This document shows positions 48,920-58,473 of a stretch of DNA of 64,000 bases, one piece after another. The DNA is from a bacterium. Its GTDB lineage: Bacteria; SAR324; XYD2-FULL-50-16; G965216635. Positions within the stretch are counted from its first letter, which is position 1. Every line of letters begins with the position of its first letter. The stretch is taken from the NCBI GenBank assembly GCA_965216635.1, contig OZ244188.1:320001-384000 (forward strand), written 5' to 3'. The notes under the pieces were generated by a model. That model saw only the letters and a program-made list of their open reading frames with translations, had not been told where the DNA came from and searched no databases. The position numbers were made by a program, and so were the translations under genes.

Positions 48920-51900
48920 TTAATTCAAATTACTATCTATTTTTTGGATAACTACAGCTGTAGTTTTTAGAGCGAGAATAATCTTTTGGTAATGTTCAAT
49001 ATCTTCGTTGTTTAAAATTCTGTCTTTTCTATCTCTGAGCCATTTTTGTGCGGGTTGATAGCATCCAATAAAAAAATCCCAAGCCACTTTTGGGACTTTG
49101 CCGAAATATTGTGTTTTGTTGATATAAACTTTGCCTAGTTTAGAGTCATCGTCTGCATCAAAATAAATTTTTTCTACTAGGTTGTTTCCTTGAATATCAT
49201 AGTTTGTGATTAGGTTCTGTATACTGGCAAACTTTTCCCCTTGTAATAAATGGGTTTGTCTTAATTGGCTACCGAGTTTTACTAGCTTTTTGAATTTTTC
49301 TTTGTCTTCGGGGTAAGGCACTCTTGGGAAATCAATTTTTAAAAATTCTTTGTATTTTTCACGGTAATTAGGCGAATGCAAAACCGCATAAATATAGTCT
49401 AGCAAATCCAAAGGAGAAAAATTTCCAGTATTTTTTGCTTCGGGCAATTCGTGGTCTGCAATAAATTTCAACCCTAGTTTTTGCTCTATTTCCGCAACGA
49501 TTTCTTGGTTTAGGTTTGCTGTTCTTTCTTCTGTATCTATAGAATTGTGATCATTATAAAGATAGAGAGGAAAAAAATAATTCGCTTCTTGTCCTTTATT
49601 TGATATGTAACATCTATCAGAAACCCTTGTACTAATAAAAGAGTGATTATAAGATTTACTTGATAATATTTTAGTTGTTACAAGAGAAAAGTTATCTTTT
49701 TTAAAGTGTTTCATTAGAGATTGTCTCAATCTCTGTATATGCTTATTGTTATATAAGAAATAGTGATTATCAAATATTCTATAATTATATTTTATAATAT
49801 CATTTGTAATAAAATCTAAAGAGTTTGATTGTAAATTTTTCATTAAATCTTCTTTATTATTAGCAACAAAGATTTTATCTTTCCCTGTCGCTGTTCCAAC
49901 ATTAGATAGACTAAAGATTTTTTTTAAAGAAACCATTTTATCATACTCTTCTTGCGCAGAAAAATCTTTCGGCACAAAAAAACAAGAAGATTCTTTATAG
50001 TTTAGTTTTTTAAAAGGCATTTTCTCTAAATCACCTTCCCAAAGTCTTTGGTATTTATCTTCTCTTTTACCATAAGAATCTAAATAAAATACATCGGCTA
50101 ATTTTCCTTGTTTTTTGTTATTTTTGATAAATATAGAAATGACTACACCTTCTTTAATATTAAATACATTTTTATCATCCCTCCCATCTCGGTTAATATC
50201 ACCATGCAAATTGTAGATATAGATACAATCAAAGGTCTCTAATAAATGCTTACGCATCTGTCTATAGGTTGGTCCGTATAGAAAAGAATTGCTAGTAATC
50301 ATAGCTACAATTCCATCGCCTGTTTTTTGAATATAATACTCTGCCATACGGATAAACTTTATATAATCATTTGAAAGAGGTTGAATATTTTTTTCATTGA
50401 GATTTTCTTTATATTCTTTAATTTTTTTTAGAATCCATTCCCCTTTGTTTTTACTACGGCGAAGATAAGGTGGGTTGCCAAAAGCTACCATTACAGAAGT
50501 TTCTCTTTTGATTTGGTCTGCTTCTTTAGATTCTTTTTCAAGTAAATCCTTTGGAGGAAGCCTATCTTGATTTTCTTTGGGTTGTTCTAAAGCATTGGTG
50601 AGATAAACTCCTAGTCTTTGTTGAGAGTTAAGCTGTGTATAACCTGTTTCTTTTAAAAGCAAATTTATTTTTAAATGACACATTGCATAAGCACTCATTA
50701 AAATTTCAAACCCGTGCAAACGGGGAAGTAAATGCTCTTCTACATAACCAGACCAAAGCCCAGCTTGTCCTTGAAATGTTTTATAAATTTGTTTAATTAC
50801 TTCTGCCAGAAAACTTCCAGTGCCAGTTGCCACATCTAAAAGTTGCACCTTGTGTAATTCTCTTTTTTTCTCTCGCTTGCCTTCTTTGACTGAAATAGTA
50901 ATTTTACTCTTATCAGCTATACCTTCGGGCAGACTGAAATGGTTTTTTAAGACGCTATCCATTGCTCGCACAATAAAATTGACTACAGGTGCTGGAGTAT
51001 AATAAACTCCTCTTTCTTTCCGTTCTGCAGGGTTATATTCTTTTAAAAAGTCTTCATAAAAATAGATAGCTGGGTCTTCATTTCTTTGATCTTGTTTCCT
51101 CAATCTTTTCATACCCTCTAAAATCTTTTCTATATCTGTTTCTCCAAAAAATTCGCAAAGTTCTTCTACTTCTTCTCTAATTTCTTCATTTTTTAGTTTT
51201 GGGATAATATTTGTAAAAAGCTCTTTTAAGAAAGGAAAATTTTCAGGTATGTATTCATAGGCTTGGTTTCTAGAAAATTTCTCTCTTTTGCTGCTATTAA
51301 ATTTATTATAATAAATACGGGCTACAAATAAACCATAGGTGATGGTCTCAGCATAAACGCTTGCAAATCTCTCTACTGTAATATCATAAATAAGATTACT
51401 TTTGAAAAAATTAAAGTGTGTTTTTGTTGAGCCAGGTTCTTTATGAGCTAGTTCTCGTTTAAGAACTGTTTGAAAGGCAGTTGCCATAAATTTAGTTTTT
51501 TTTGCCATTATCTTGGCTAGTTTTTTTGGAGTGCCGATAGATTTTCCTTCATAACCACAAAAATCTTCTAAAAGCTCCGTAAATTTATCAAAATTTTTTT
51601 GTAAGGGAATAATTTTATCGTTTTTAAATTCTGCAATTTTCACAAAGTCTCGTTTTTTGCCTTTTTTGTAGTGGATAAATTCTAGGTAGTTCGTGAAAAT
51701 AAGATTTTCAAATTTTCCTTTATAGCGAACAAGTTGATTAGTGTTTTCTAGTTTTTTTAAATCAGCATCAAGTTTTTTAGTTTCTATTTTACCTATAGAG
51801 ATTTGCGATTTTGAAATATCAAAATCTGGAGATTCAGAACCATCTTTTTCAGGTTCTTGAATAACAGAAATAGTTTCGCTTAAAAAAGCTTTTAGATATG

Positions 51901-51988
51901 TTTCTAAAGGAGAACGGAAGCTATGTTCTTTTGTCCCACCATCAGCGTATGTTTTTTGGATTTCTTTGAGGTATTCTGTGATTTTCAT
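48920..51988 (-). CDS. Single-chain restriction-modification enzyme (type IIG / helicase-less ISP-like; nuclease-N6 MTase-TRD)
   Basis: N-terminal PDF...IETK nuclease, GVYYTP, LDVATGTGSF, GNPPY, and C-terminal DYIYAVLHSP.YRE.Y.EFLKIDFPRVP...IG.YQPAQKWL; no helicase motifs seen. Confidence 0.82.
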   Translation of the reverse strand: MKITEYLKEIQKTYADGGTKEHSFRSPLETYLKAFLSETISVIQEPEKDGSESPDFDISKSQISIGKIETKKLDADLKKLENTNQLVRYKGKFENLIFTNYLEFIHYKKGKKRDFVKIAEFKNDKIIPLQKNFDKFTELLEDFCGYEGKSIGTPKKLAKIMAKKTKFMATAFQTVLKRELAHKEPGSTKTHFNFFKSNLIYDITVERFASVYAETITYGLFVARIYYNKFNSSKREKFSRNQAYEYIPENFPFLKELFTNIIPKLKNEEIREEVEELCEFFGETDIEKILEGMKRLRKQDQRNEDPAIYFYEDFLKEYNPAERKERGVYYTPAPVVNFIVRAMDSVLKNHFSLPEGIADKSKITISVKEGKREKKRELHKVQLLDVATGTGSFLAEVIKQIYKTFQGQAGLWSGYVEEHLLPRLHGFEILMSAYAMCHLKINLLLKETGYTQLNSQQRLGVYLTNALEQPKENQDRLPPKDLLEKESKEADQIKRETSVMVAFGNPPYLRRSKNKGEWILKKIKEYKENLNEKNIQPLSNDYIKFIRMAEYYIQKTGDGIVAMITSNSFLYGPTYRQMRKHLLETFDCIYIYNLHGDINRDGRDDKNVFNIKEGVVISIFIKNNKKQGKLADVFYLDSYGKREDKYQRLWEGDLEKMPFKKLNYKESSCFFVPKDFSAQEEYDKMVSLKKIFSLSNVGTATGKDKIFVANNKEDLMKNLQSNSLDFITNDIIKYNYRIFDNHYFLYNNKHIQRLRQSLMKHFKKDNFSLVTTKILSSKSYNHSFISTRVSDRCYISNKGQEANYFFPLYLYNDHNSIDTEERTANLNQEIVAEIEQKLGLKFIADHELPEAKNTGNFSPLDLLDYIYAVLHSPNYREKYKEFLKIDFPRVPYPEDKEKFKKLVKLGSQLRQTHLLQGEKFASIQNLITNYDIQGNNLVEKIYFDADDDSKLGKVYINKTQYFGKVPKVAWDFFIGCYQPAQKWLRDRKDRILNNEDIEHYQKIILALKTTAVVIQKIDSNLN

Positions 51989-52011
51989 AGTTTTAAAAAT
52001 AAAATTTTCAC

Positions 52012-52818
52012 TCAATTTTCTTTATCAATAATACTACATACCAGTTTTAGAATATTTTTTTCTTGAATTATTTTATGCACTTTATAGCCTTTTTCGTGAA
52101 TAAATTCTGCTGTGGTTTCTCCAAGTGCTGCGATTTTACCATTGAATTTCAAATTTTGTTTATCGCTGATAGAGAGTAAATGCCTAAAAGTAGAAGGACT
52201 ACTAAAGAGCATCCAATCGGGAGGTTCATTTTTTAGATAATGAGACATAGCAGTTTCGCTTCCTTTTGGTATACGGTTGTAATAGATGGTTTGTTGCATT
52301 AGCTTTGCCTTCTTTTTTTCTAAAAATTCTTTAAATTCTATGCCCGCTAAATTGGAACAAGGAAACCAAAAATTTTTTTTTTCTAGATACATAGAGCCTA
52401 AAAATTTTATCAATCCAGTTGTATTTTGGATTGGAGGCATTAAAGAAATAAAAGATTCTTTTTTGATTTTTGCTCTAGTTTGTTCTCCTATGGCAATCCA
52501 TTGTTTGTCGCGTAGGTTTGCTTTATTTATCTCAAGGGTTTTGAGTCTTTGAAAAAACAATTCTACTGCGTATTGACTAGTGAGTATGATAGCATCTACG
52601 TAGGGTAGATTTTTAGTAGTGTTGTCAAATTCATACCAATCTTTTGTAGGAAACAATTCAATTAAAGGAAGAGAAATGATTTTTGTTAAGGTTCTTTGCA
52701 GTCTTTTTTCTAATTTAGGAATAATAGCATCTACCCGTTTTTGAGCGGAGGTGACTAAAATTGTTGTTTTTGGTTTTGTTGCCACAGTTTTATTAGCATT
52801 AAGTGAGACCTTTGCCAT
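52012..52818 (-). CDS. hemD: Uroporphyrinogen-III synthase
   Basis: ILVT, LPLIE, ILTSQYAV, AIGEQT, FSSPST and ALGETTA motifs. Confidence 0.8.
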   Translation of the reverse strand: MAKVSLNANKTVATKPKTTILVTSAQKRVDAIIPKLEKRLQRTLTKIISLPLIELFPTKDWYEFDNTTKNLPYVDAIILTSQYAVELFFQRLKTLEINKANLRDKQWIAIGEQTRAKIKKESFISLMPPIQNTTGLIKFLGSMYLEKKNFWFPCSNLAGIEFKEFLEKKKAKLMQQTIYYNRIPKGSETAMSHYLKNEPPDWMLFSSPSTFRHLLSISDKQNLKFNGKIAALGETTAEFIHEKGYKVHKIIQEKNILKLVCSIIDKEN

Positions 52819-53078
52819 TAATGAAATTAGGCATTATAGGAAAGCTAGGCAAGGCAAAAAATTTAGCTCGCAGAAATATCGTAGTGCCACAATAATGGGA
52901 GCAGGGACACCACACAATCTGCATAATCCCTAAAAAGAAATTTAAAAGCTCCAGTGGAGTTTTTACTATAGTCCTTGTGAAATAGATAGCAATAAGAAAG
53001 TATTTCAAGAGGCAATTTTTTTTTTAACGCCGAATAGCCGAACTAGAATGTCTGATTTCACTATTGGCAAAGCTCTCA
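52804..53078. mobile_element. MITE-like palindromic element, long form (copy E, inverted relative to A)
   Basis: TIR tgagacctttgcca / tggcaaagctctca; its reverse complement is collinear with copy A over most of its length. Confidence 0.75.
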
Positions 53079-53729
53079 AAGTTTATTGGAGATATCTAAA
53101 GCTTCAGATTCATTGCCAAATTCATCTGCATAAAATAGTTTTAAGGATTGTAGTTTGTCAGGTAATAAAAAAACAAGTTGATCTTCTTCAATCTGATAGA
53201 TGGGATAAATACTTTGGTCTCCATAAACTAGCACTGTGTAGTTTTTTCTGTTTGCAAAGTAGGCTGATAGAGTAGATGTTCCATCCACTTTAAAATGAAT
53301 CCTAAGCGAACTTGCCTTTGGTTGTGGAGGCACTTTATCGCTAGCAACGGCTCTTTTCCAACCAGAAAAATAATCTATTTTATTATCTAAAAAAACTGCT
53401 TGAAAAAAAGAATTTTTTACTAAAAAGGGAAGATAAGTGATTTCAAAACCATCTTTTATTGCTTTTTTAGATACGCTAGATTCTTTGTAATCTAAAAAAT
53501 TTTTACCATTAGAGGATATTTGTATTCCTACTTTTGAAAGAGTAAAACTCGCAAGGTATTTTTGTTTTATTTTACCACGAACGATCAATAAAGGATCGCG
53601 GTAAAAAACTTGGTAAGAATCAAGCCAGTTATCATCTTTTAGCACAGTTGGCGTGGTCGGTTCTATTTTTCTACCGCAGCCTGAAACTAAAAATAAGAAA
53701 AAAACAGCTAATAAGAAACGAAATTTCAT
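53076..53729 (-). CDS. Putative lipoprotein
   Basis: MKFRFLLAVFFLFLVSG-C lipobox. Confidence 0.7.
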   Translation of the reverse strand: MKFRFLLAVFFLFLVSGCGRKIEPTTPTVLKDDNWLDSYQVFYRDPLLIVRGKIKQKYLASFTLSKVGIQISSNGKNFLDYKESSVSKKAIKDGFEITYLPFLVKNSFFQAVFLDNKIDYFSGWKRAVASDKVPPQPKASSLRIHFKVDGTSTLSAYFANRKNYTVLVYGDQSIYPIYQIEEDQLVFLLPDKLQSLKLFYADEFGNESEALDISNKL

Positions 53730-53828
53730 AATCTGTACAGGTGATATAGATAGATAGATATTTGTTTTCATATTTGTCAAGCAAAATTTCAAAAGACAAA
53801 TCTGCATAGGTTAAACAGAACGCAAAGA

Positions 53829-56105
53829 CTATTGGATTACTACTTTTTTCTTCTGCATACTTGCTAATTTTAGCTTACCTACAATTGCAGCTTTATGGTA
53901 GCCAGCTGCATGCAATTGATTTACCAAATTTATGGCATTTTTGGAGGCTAAAATGATTACAAAACCTCCACAGGTTTGAGGCTCAAAAAAGGTGTTGTAT
54001 TGAGTATTACTGAATTTTATGGATGTATCTTTTAAAAAAGACATTCTGTTTTTAGAAAAATTCACTTCTTCTTCAGAAAAATTCACTTCTTTAGTAGAAG
54101 AATTTAATTCTTCAAAACCATCTAAAAAAGGCATGTTGCGAACATTAATTTCTAAGTGATAAGACGGAGGTAGATTATGAAAAATACTATCTAAAAAACC
54201 CTTTCCAGCCACATAGCTACAAAAACTGTAACTGGATTTGTTTAGAATTTCTGCTGCTGTTTTATTGGACTGTAAGAAGTGTTGTAGTAAATTTTCATAC
54301 CAAGAGCCTTTGATTTTATTTTGTTGCAAAGCAAGTAATAAACTTCCAGTTCCCAGCGGTTTTGTTAAAACTAATGAATGTCCGTATTCTATTGCTATTT
54401 TAGGATTTGTTATAGCAGTGCCTGTCACAGAAAAACCCAACCCATTTTCTTCTTCTCCTTGTCGGCTATGTCCTCCTATTATTTTCACTTGATCTTTGGA
54501 GAAGATATCGTTAGCTCCTAATAGCATTTTTTCAAATGAATCTTTTACAATATTATCTGTAGCTTTTTTTAAAGAAACAATAGAAAAAGCATTTATAGGT
54601 TTTCCTCCTCCAGCGTAAATACTGCTGATACAATGATTGGCTACCAATTTTCCGAACAGATAAGGATCTGGTAAGCATTCATTCAAAAAATGAATGGATT
54701 GTAAGTATTTTTTTTGACCTATACTGTAGTTATTTGTAGTAGAAAATTTCTTATCAGAAAAAATAGAATTTTCACTGGAAAAATGTTGCGATAATTTTTC
54801 TAAACTCTGATCCAATAATCTAGTAGATAATTCTCTTGCGGTAGCTAGTTTTTTTACAGTTTGTCCCGTTTGATGATAAACAATAGTTTTATTTTTTTTA
54901 AAAAAAGATGATTTAATTTCTACATTTTTATTTTCTATAAAATTTGTATTGTTGTATTTTCTGATAAAATTCTTATCCCTTATTGTTTTCAACTTCCAAA
55001 TCAGACGCCCTTTTAAGTGTAATTTTTTCCAAAGTAACACGGCGTATTTATCGCCTGTAGACACATAATAAAAATAAGATTTTTGAGGTATATATTTTTT
55101 TAGTTTTTTCTCTTTTAAACAATTCTTAATGTTTTTATAAAGCGTTATTCCTTGTTTTGTTGCATAGACTTGAACTTTTGGAATATTTTTGTTTTCTATA
55201 CTAGCCCCAGTAGACTTAATATCACCTACAGCAAAAATGTCAGAAGAAGACACAGATTGTAGATAATCGTTAACACAAACAAACTCGTTTTTATCCAATT
55301 TTAAGTTACTATTTCTAATCCATTCATCAGAACTTGTTTGGGTACAAAAAAGAACCTTATCTGCTTTAAAAACATTTTTATTTTCACAAATTAATTCATC
55401 TTTTCCTACGCTCGTCACCTGCTGGTTAGTAAAAACTGTAACTCCTTTTTTTTCAAGAAATGCAGAAAAAATATTTCTAATCCTAGGATTAAATTGTGAT
55501 AAAATTTTATTCTCAGGAGTGAAAATAGTTAACTGAAAAGTTTCCAGTGCCTTTACTTTTTTGTTTAATTCTTCCAATACGCGATGTTGGATTGCTAACG
55601 CTATTTCTATGGCGTCTATTTCAGCGCCAACAATTGCCAACTGATAAACTTTAGTTTTTTGAGTAATTTCATTGATTAGTTGCTCTAAACTTTTAAAAAA
55701 TTCTGTAAGAGGGTTTATAGAAATAGCTGTTGTAGAAGAAATTTGTTGAGACAAACTCACACGAGAACCTAAATTTAATGAGAGCAAGTCGTAATAAATT
55801 TCCACTCCATTATCTAAAGTAAGAATTTTTTCAACGGGGTCTATTTTTTTTAGACTGTTATAAATGAAATGGATTCCGCCTCTGTTTGTCAAAGCCACCA
55901 AATCTATATGGCTCTCAGTAAAACTGAAATGTCCTGCAATATAGCCAGGTAGCATTCTGTTATGAGTTTTGTAAAAAGAATCAGAAATAAAATAGATTTG
56001 TAAGTGAGAAAACGGTTTATTTTCAAACTTTTGTAAAATATGTAAATGGGCGTCTCCAGCACCTACAAGCACGAGTCTTTTTATCTTAAAATTTTTATCA
56101 TTCAT
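53829..56105 (-). CDS. FAD-dependent oxidoreductase fused to a degenerate SelD-like domain
   Basis: N-terminal LVLVGAGDAH...MLPGYIAG...IFAVGD; C-terminal IIGGHS, LVLTKPLGTG and EPQTCGG of the SelD/PurM fold, but the catalytic residues are altered. Confidence 0.75.
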   Translation of the reverse strand: MNDKNFKIKRLVLVGAGDAHLHILQKFENKPFSHLQIYFISDSFYKTHNRMLPGYIAGHFSFTESHIDLVALTNRGGIHFIYNSLKKIDPVEKILTLDNGVEIYYDLLSLNLGSRVSLSQQISSTTAISINPLTEFFKSLEQLINEITQKTKVYQLAIVGAEIDAIEIALAIQHRVLEELNKKVKALETFQLTIFTPENKILSQFNPRIRNIFSAFLEKKGVTVFTNQQVTSVGKDELICENKNVFKADKVLFCTQTSSDEWIRNSNLKLDKNEFVCVNDYLQSVSSSDIFAVGDIKSTGASIENKNIPKVQVYATKQGITLYKNIKNCLKEKKLKKYIPQKSYFYYVSTGDKYAVLLWKKLHLKGRLIWKLKTIRDKNFIRKYNNTNFIENKNVEIKSSFFKKNKTIVYHQTGQTVKKLATARELSTRLLDQSLEKLSQHFSSENSIFSDKKFSTTNNYSIGQKKYLQSIHFLNECLPDPYLFGKLVANHCISSIYAGGGKPINAFSIVSLKKATDNIVKDSFEKMLLGANDIFSKDQVKIIGGHSRQGEEENGLGFSVTGTAITNPKIAIEYGHSLVLTKPLGTGSLLLALQQNKIKGSWYENLLQHFLQSNKTAAEILNKSSYSFCSYVAGKGFLDSIFHNLPPSYHLEINVRNMPFLDGFEELNSSTKEVNFSEEEVNFSKNRMSFLKDTSIKFSNTQYNTFFEPQTCGGFVIILASKNAINLVNQLHAAGYHKAAIVGKLKLASMQKKKVVIQ

Positions 56106-56791
56106 ATTAATAAACCAGTTACGAGCCCAATCAGCCCTCCAAAAACTCCTCCCCATACAACCAACCAGCCTAAGTGTTCTCGGATAATATTTTCTACTAA
56201 TTCTTTCACTTTTTGAGGGGTTAATTTTTCAAGTTCGCTTTGAATAATAAACTGAATAGATTTTAAAAAATCAGGGTAGTTATCTTTTGCGAAAAGCATA
56301 TCTGCGATATTTTTTTTTTTTAGTTCTTTATTTACACTAGTTACAAAAGGTATCCTAAAATTTTCCAAAATAGCGTTTCCACCAAGCGCAAACAGAAAAT
56401 TTCCAGCAGTGTTAGACTGTTGAATTTTTTCTATTAGCTTGTCAAATAATTTTTCAGCGTCTATCATATTTTCTATTTTTTGTTTTAAATTAGGTGAGTT
56501 TTTTAAATCTAGAAAATTTTTCTCACTAAAAAAATTTTCTAGTATCATATTTTTAACGGCTTTTTTAAATACTTCAAATTTGTTAGGAATAATACCACTA
56601 CCAAACAAAAAAGGAATTTTTTCAAATAACATATAAACCGCTAACCAGTTGGTAAGAGCGCCTGAAAGCGAAAAAAGTGCTGAAATTCTAACCAAAGAAG
56701 CAAGGTTTCCCATCAGAAGAAAACTTCCTAAAAAACACAACCCTGCGATCAAATTAGTGGCAAGGCTTTTATTAAAAGTAAAGGCTTTCAT
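56102..56791 (-). CDS. DUF445 family membrane protein
   Basis: SGALTNWLAVYMLFEKIP..GSGIIP and HLGWLVVWGGVFGGLIG. Confidence 0.8.
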   Translation of the reverse strand: MKAFTFNKSLATNLIAGLCFLGSFLLMGNLASLVRISALFSLSGALTNWLAVYMLFEKIPFLFGSGIIPNKFEVFKKAVKNMILENFFSEKNFLDLKNSPNLKQKIENMIDAEKLFDKLIEKIQQSNTAGNFLFALGGNAILENFRIPFVTSVNKELKKKNIADMLFAKDNYPDFLKSIQFIIQSELEKLTPQKVKELVENIIREHLGWLVVWGGVFGGLIGLVTGLLI

Positions 56792-57604
56792 TTAAAAAAC
56801 AGAAAAAATGTAATTTGTATTTACAATTTTATTCAAAAAAGGAATACTAGTTCCAGTATCATCGGCTATTTCAATAAAAATCAACGAACTTTTTTGAGGC
56901 ACAGAAAAACGAAAAACAAGCCTCTTTTTCGTTGTCTTTAAAGGAATTTGTTTGATTAAGTTTGCGGTTTTATCCAATAGTCTCAAAACGGGTTTTAAAT
57001 TACTTTTATTAAGAATAATAATTTCCAAATTCCATTTTTTTTTATTTGTTGTATCAATAGAATAAAAATCTTTATCTCCACTGCCATTGAGAGTGGCAAA
57101 AACTTTCAAATTTGCACCAATAGGATTATAGGATAACAGATTGTTGTTGTTCTCTTTTTCTTGAAATTTTGGATACCATAAAAAATACTCTTGGGTCGTC
57201 TCTAGCGCATTTCTTATTTCTATTTCTAAATCAACATCTTCAAAAGGAATAGGGTGATTGGAGCTAACAGAATCTTCAGGACTAAAAATTATCTCCAGTT
57301 TATTTTTAGGATTTAAAAGAACTAGCAAGGAAAAATTTTGTTTAGGCTCCAATAAAAAATTCAAAAAAGAACTCAAAGCTACTTTTAATTGTAGCTTATA
57401 GATATATTCATCAGCAAAATACCTAGTTGGAATATAGGTTTTTACCAAATCCTTGTTCTCTAAAATAAAATGTGTAAATAGATTTAGATCGCTGGATTGA
57501 TTGATTCCTTTTAGCCGTAGCGTAACCTCTTCTTTAGCAATCAGATTAAAATTCAAATTACCAAGCCAAATAACAAGACAAGCAACAAAAATAAGTATTC
57601 GCAT
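56792..57604 (-). CDS. Hypothetical exported protein
   Basis: Signal-peptide-like N-terminus; abuts the DUF445 gene. Confidence 0.6.
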   Translation of the reverse strand: MRILIFVACLVIWLGNLNFNLIAKEEVTLRLKGINQSSDLNLFTHFILENKDLVKTYIPTRYFADEYIYKLQLKVALSSFLNFLLEPKQNFSLLVLLNPKNKLEIIFSPEDSVSSNHPIPFEDVDLEIEIRNALETTQEYFLWYPKFQEKENNNNLLSYNPIGANLKVFATLNGSGDKDFYSIDTTNKKKWNLEIIILNKSNLKPVLRLLDKTANLIKQIPLKTTKKRLVFRFSVPQKSSLIFIEIADDTGTSIPFLNKIVNTNYIFSVF

Positions 57605-57653
57605 CGTAGTTTATAGTAATATTAAGACAATATTACACAGATCAAACAGAATG

Positions 57654-58196
57654 TCAATGATTAGGTGGAAAATAGGCTTTCACGATAGACTCTTCTGTTT
57701 TTATACGAGGAGCTCCAATCAACTCTAAGCAATAAGGGATAGCTTCAAAAAGATTATCTAACGTCTCAGAAATAGAACGAGGTCTTCCCGGTAGATTTAC
57801 AATGAGGCAATTTTTACGAATTACAGCTACCTGACGCGATAAAATAGCGGTAGGCACATATTTTAGACTAATGGCTCTCATCTTCTCACCAAAACCAACC
57901 ATTACCTTATCAGCAATAGCCAAAGTAGCTTCAGGCGTTATATCCCTAGGAGCAGGACCTGTGCCTCCGCTTGTTAGAATCAAATGACATTTTTCTTTGT
58001 CTGCCCAGCTGCATAGAATTTTTTCTATTGGTTTTTGCTCGTCTGGTAAAATTTTCTGTAAAATCTCAAACTTACAGAGAACAGCCTTTTGTAACCATTT
58101 TTTCATAGCAGGACCGCTTAGATCCTCGTATTCTTTTTTGTAAGCTCTATCGCTTACTGTCAGCAGACCTACTTTAAAAATGTTGTCTAGCGCCAT
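57654..58196 (-). CDS. mog: Molybdopterin adenylyltransferase
   Basis: TVSDRA, DLSGP, TSGGTGPAPRDITPEAT, TAILSRQ, NLPG.P. Confidence 0.93.
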   Translation of the reverse strand: MALDNIFKVGLLTVSDRAYKKEYEDLSGPAMKKWLQKAVLCKFEILQKILPDEQKPIEKILCSWADKEKCHLILTSGGTGPAPRDITPEATLAIADKVMVGFGEKMRAISLKYVPTAILSRQVAVIRKNCLIVNLPGRPRSISETLDNLFEAIPYCLELIGAPRIKTEESIVKAYFPPNH

Positions 58197-58197
58197 C

Positions 58198-58446
58198 TCA
58201 TAAAATCTGGGTGATTTTGATACTGTAACTACTATCTTTCACAGCAAAAACTCCTCTAGCAACCACCCTATCTGCCACACAAATATCTATTTCTTGGTCG
58301 GCTGGTTGAGAGATAATAGGGCTGTTTTCTTCAAAATCTAGCAACTGAGAAAGAAGGATAGGGCGCTGGAACATACGAAAGGATAGTTTCACATTCCAGT
58401 TTTTCTTTTTAGATGTTAGTTCGGGTAGTAGTATTTTTTTTCCCAT
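58198..58446 (-). CDS. FliM/FliN C-terminal (SpoA)-like small protein
   Basis: LSQLLDF...II...ADQEIDICVADRVVARG......YSIKITQI fits the SpoA domain pattern. Confidence 0.55.
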   Translation of the reverse strand: MGKKILLPELTSKKKNWNVKLSFRMFQRPILLSQLLDFEENSPIISQPADQEIDICVADRVVARGVFAVKDSSYSIKITQIL

Positions 58447-58473
58447 TGCTAATTCAAAGGTCTCAAACAGTCT

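Noticed and set aside
52751..53008. Short ORFs 52751-52933, 52799-53008 (and 47930-48151, 44747-44968)
   Set aside because: They lie largely within MITE-like repeats or antisense to real genes, and show no transposase similarity.
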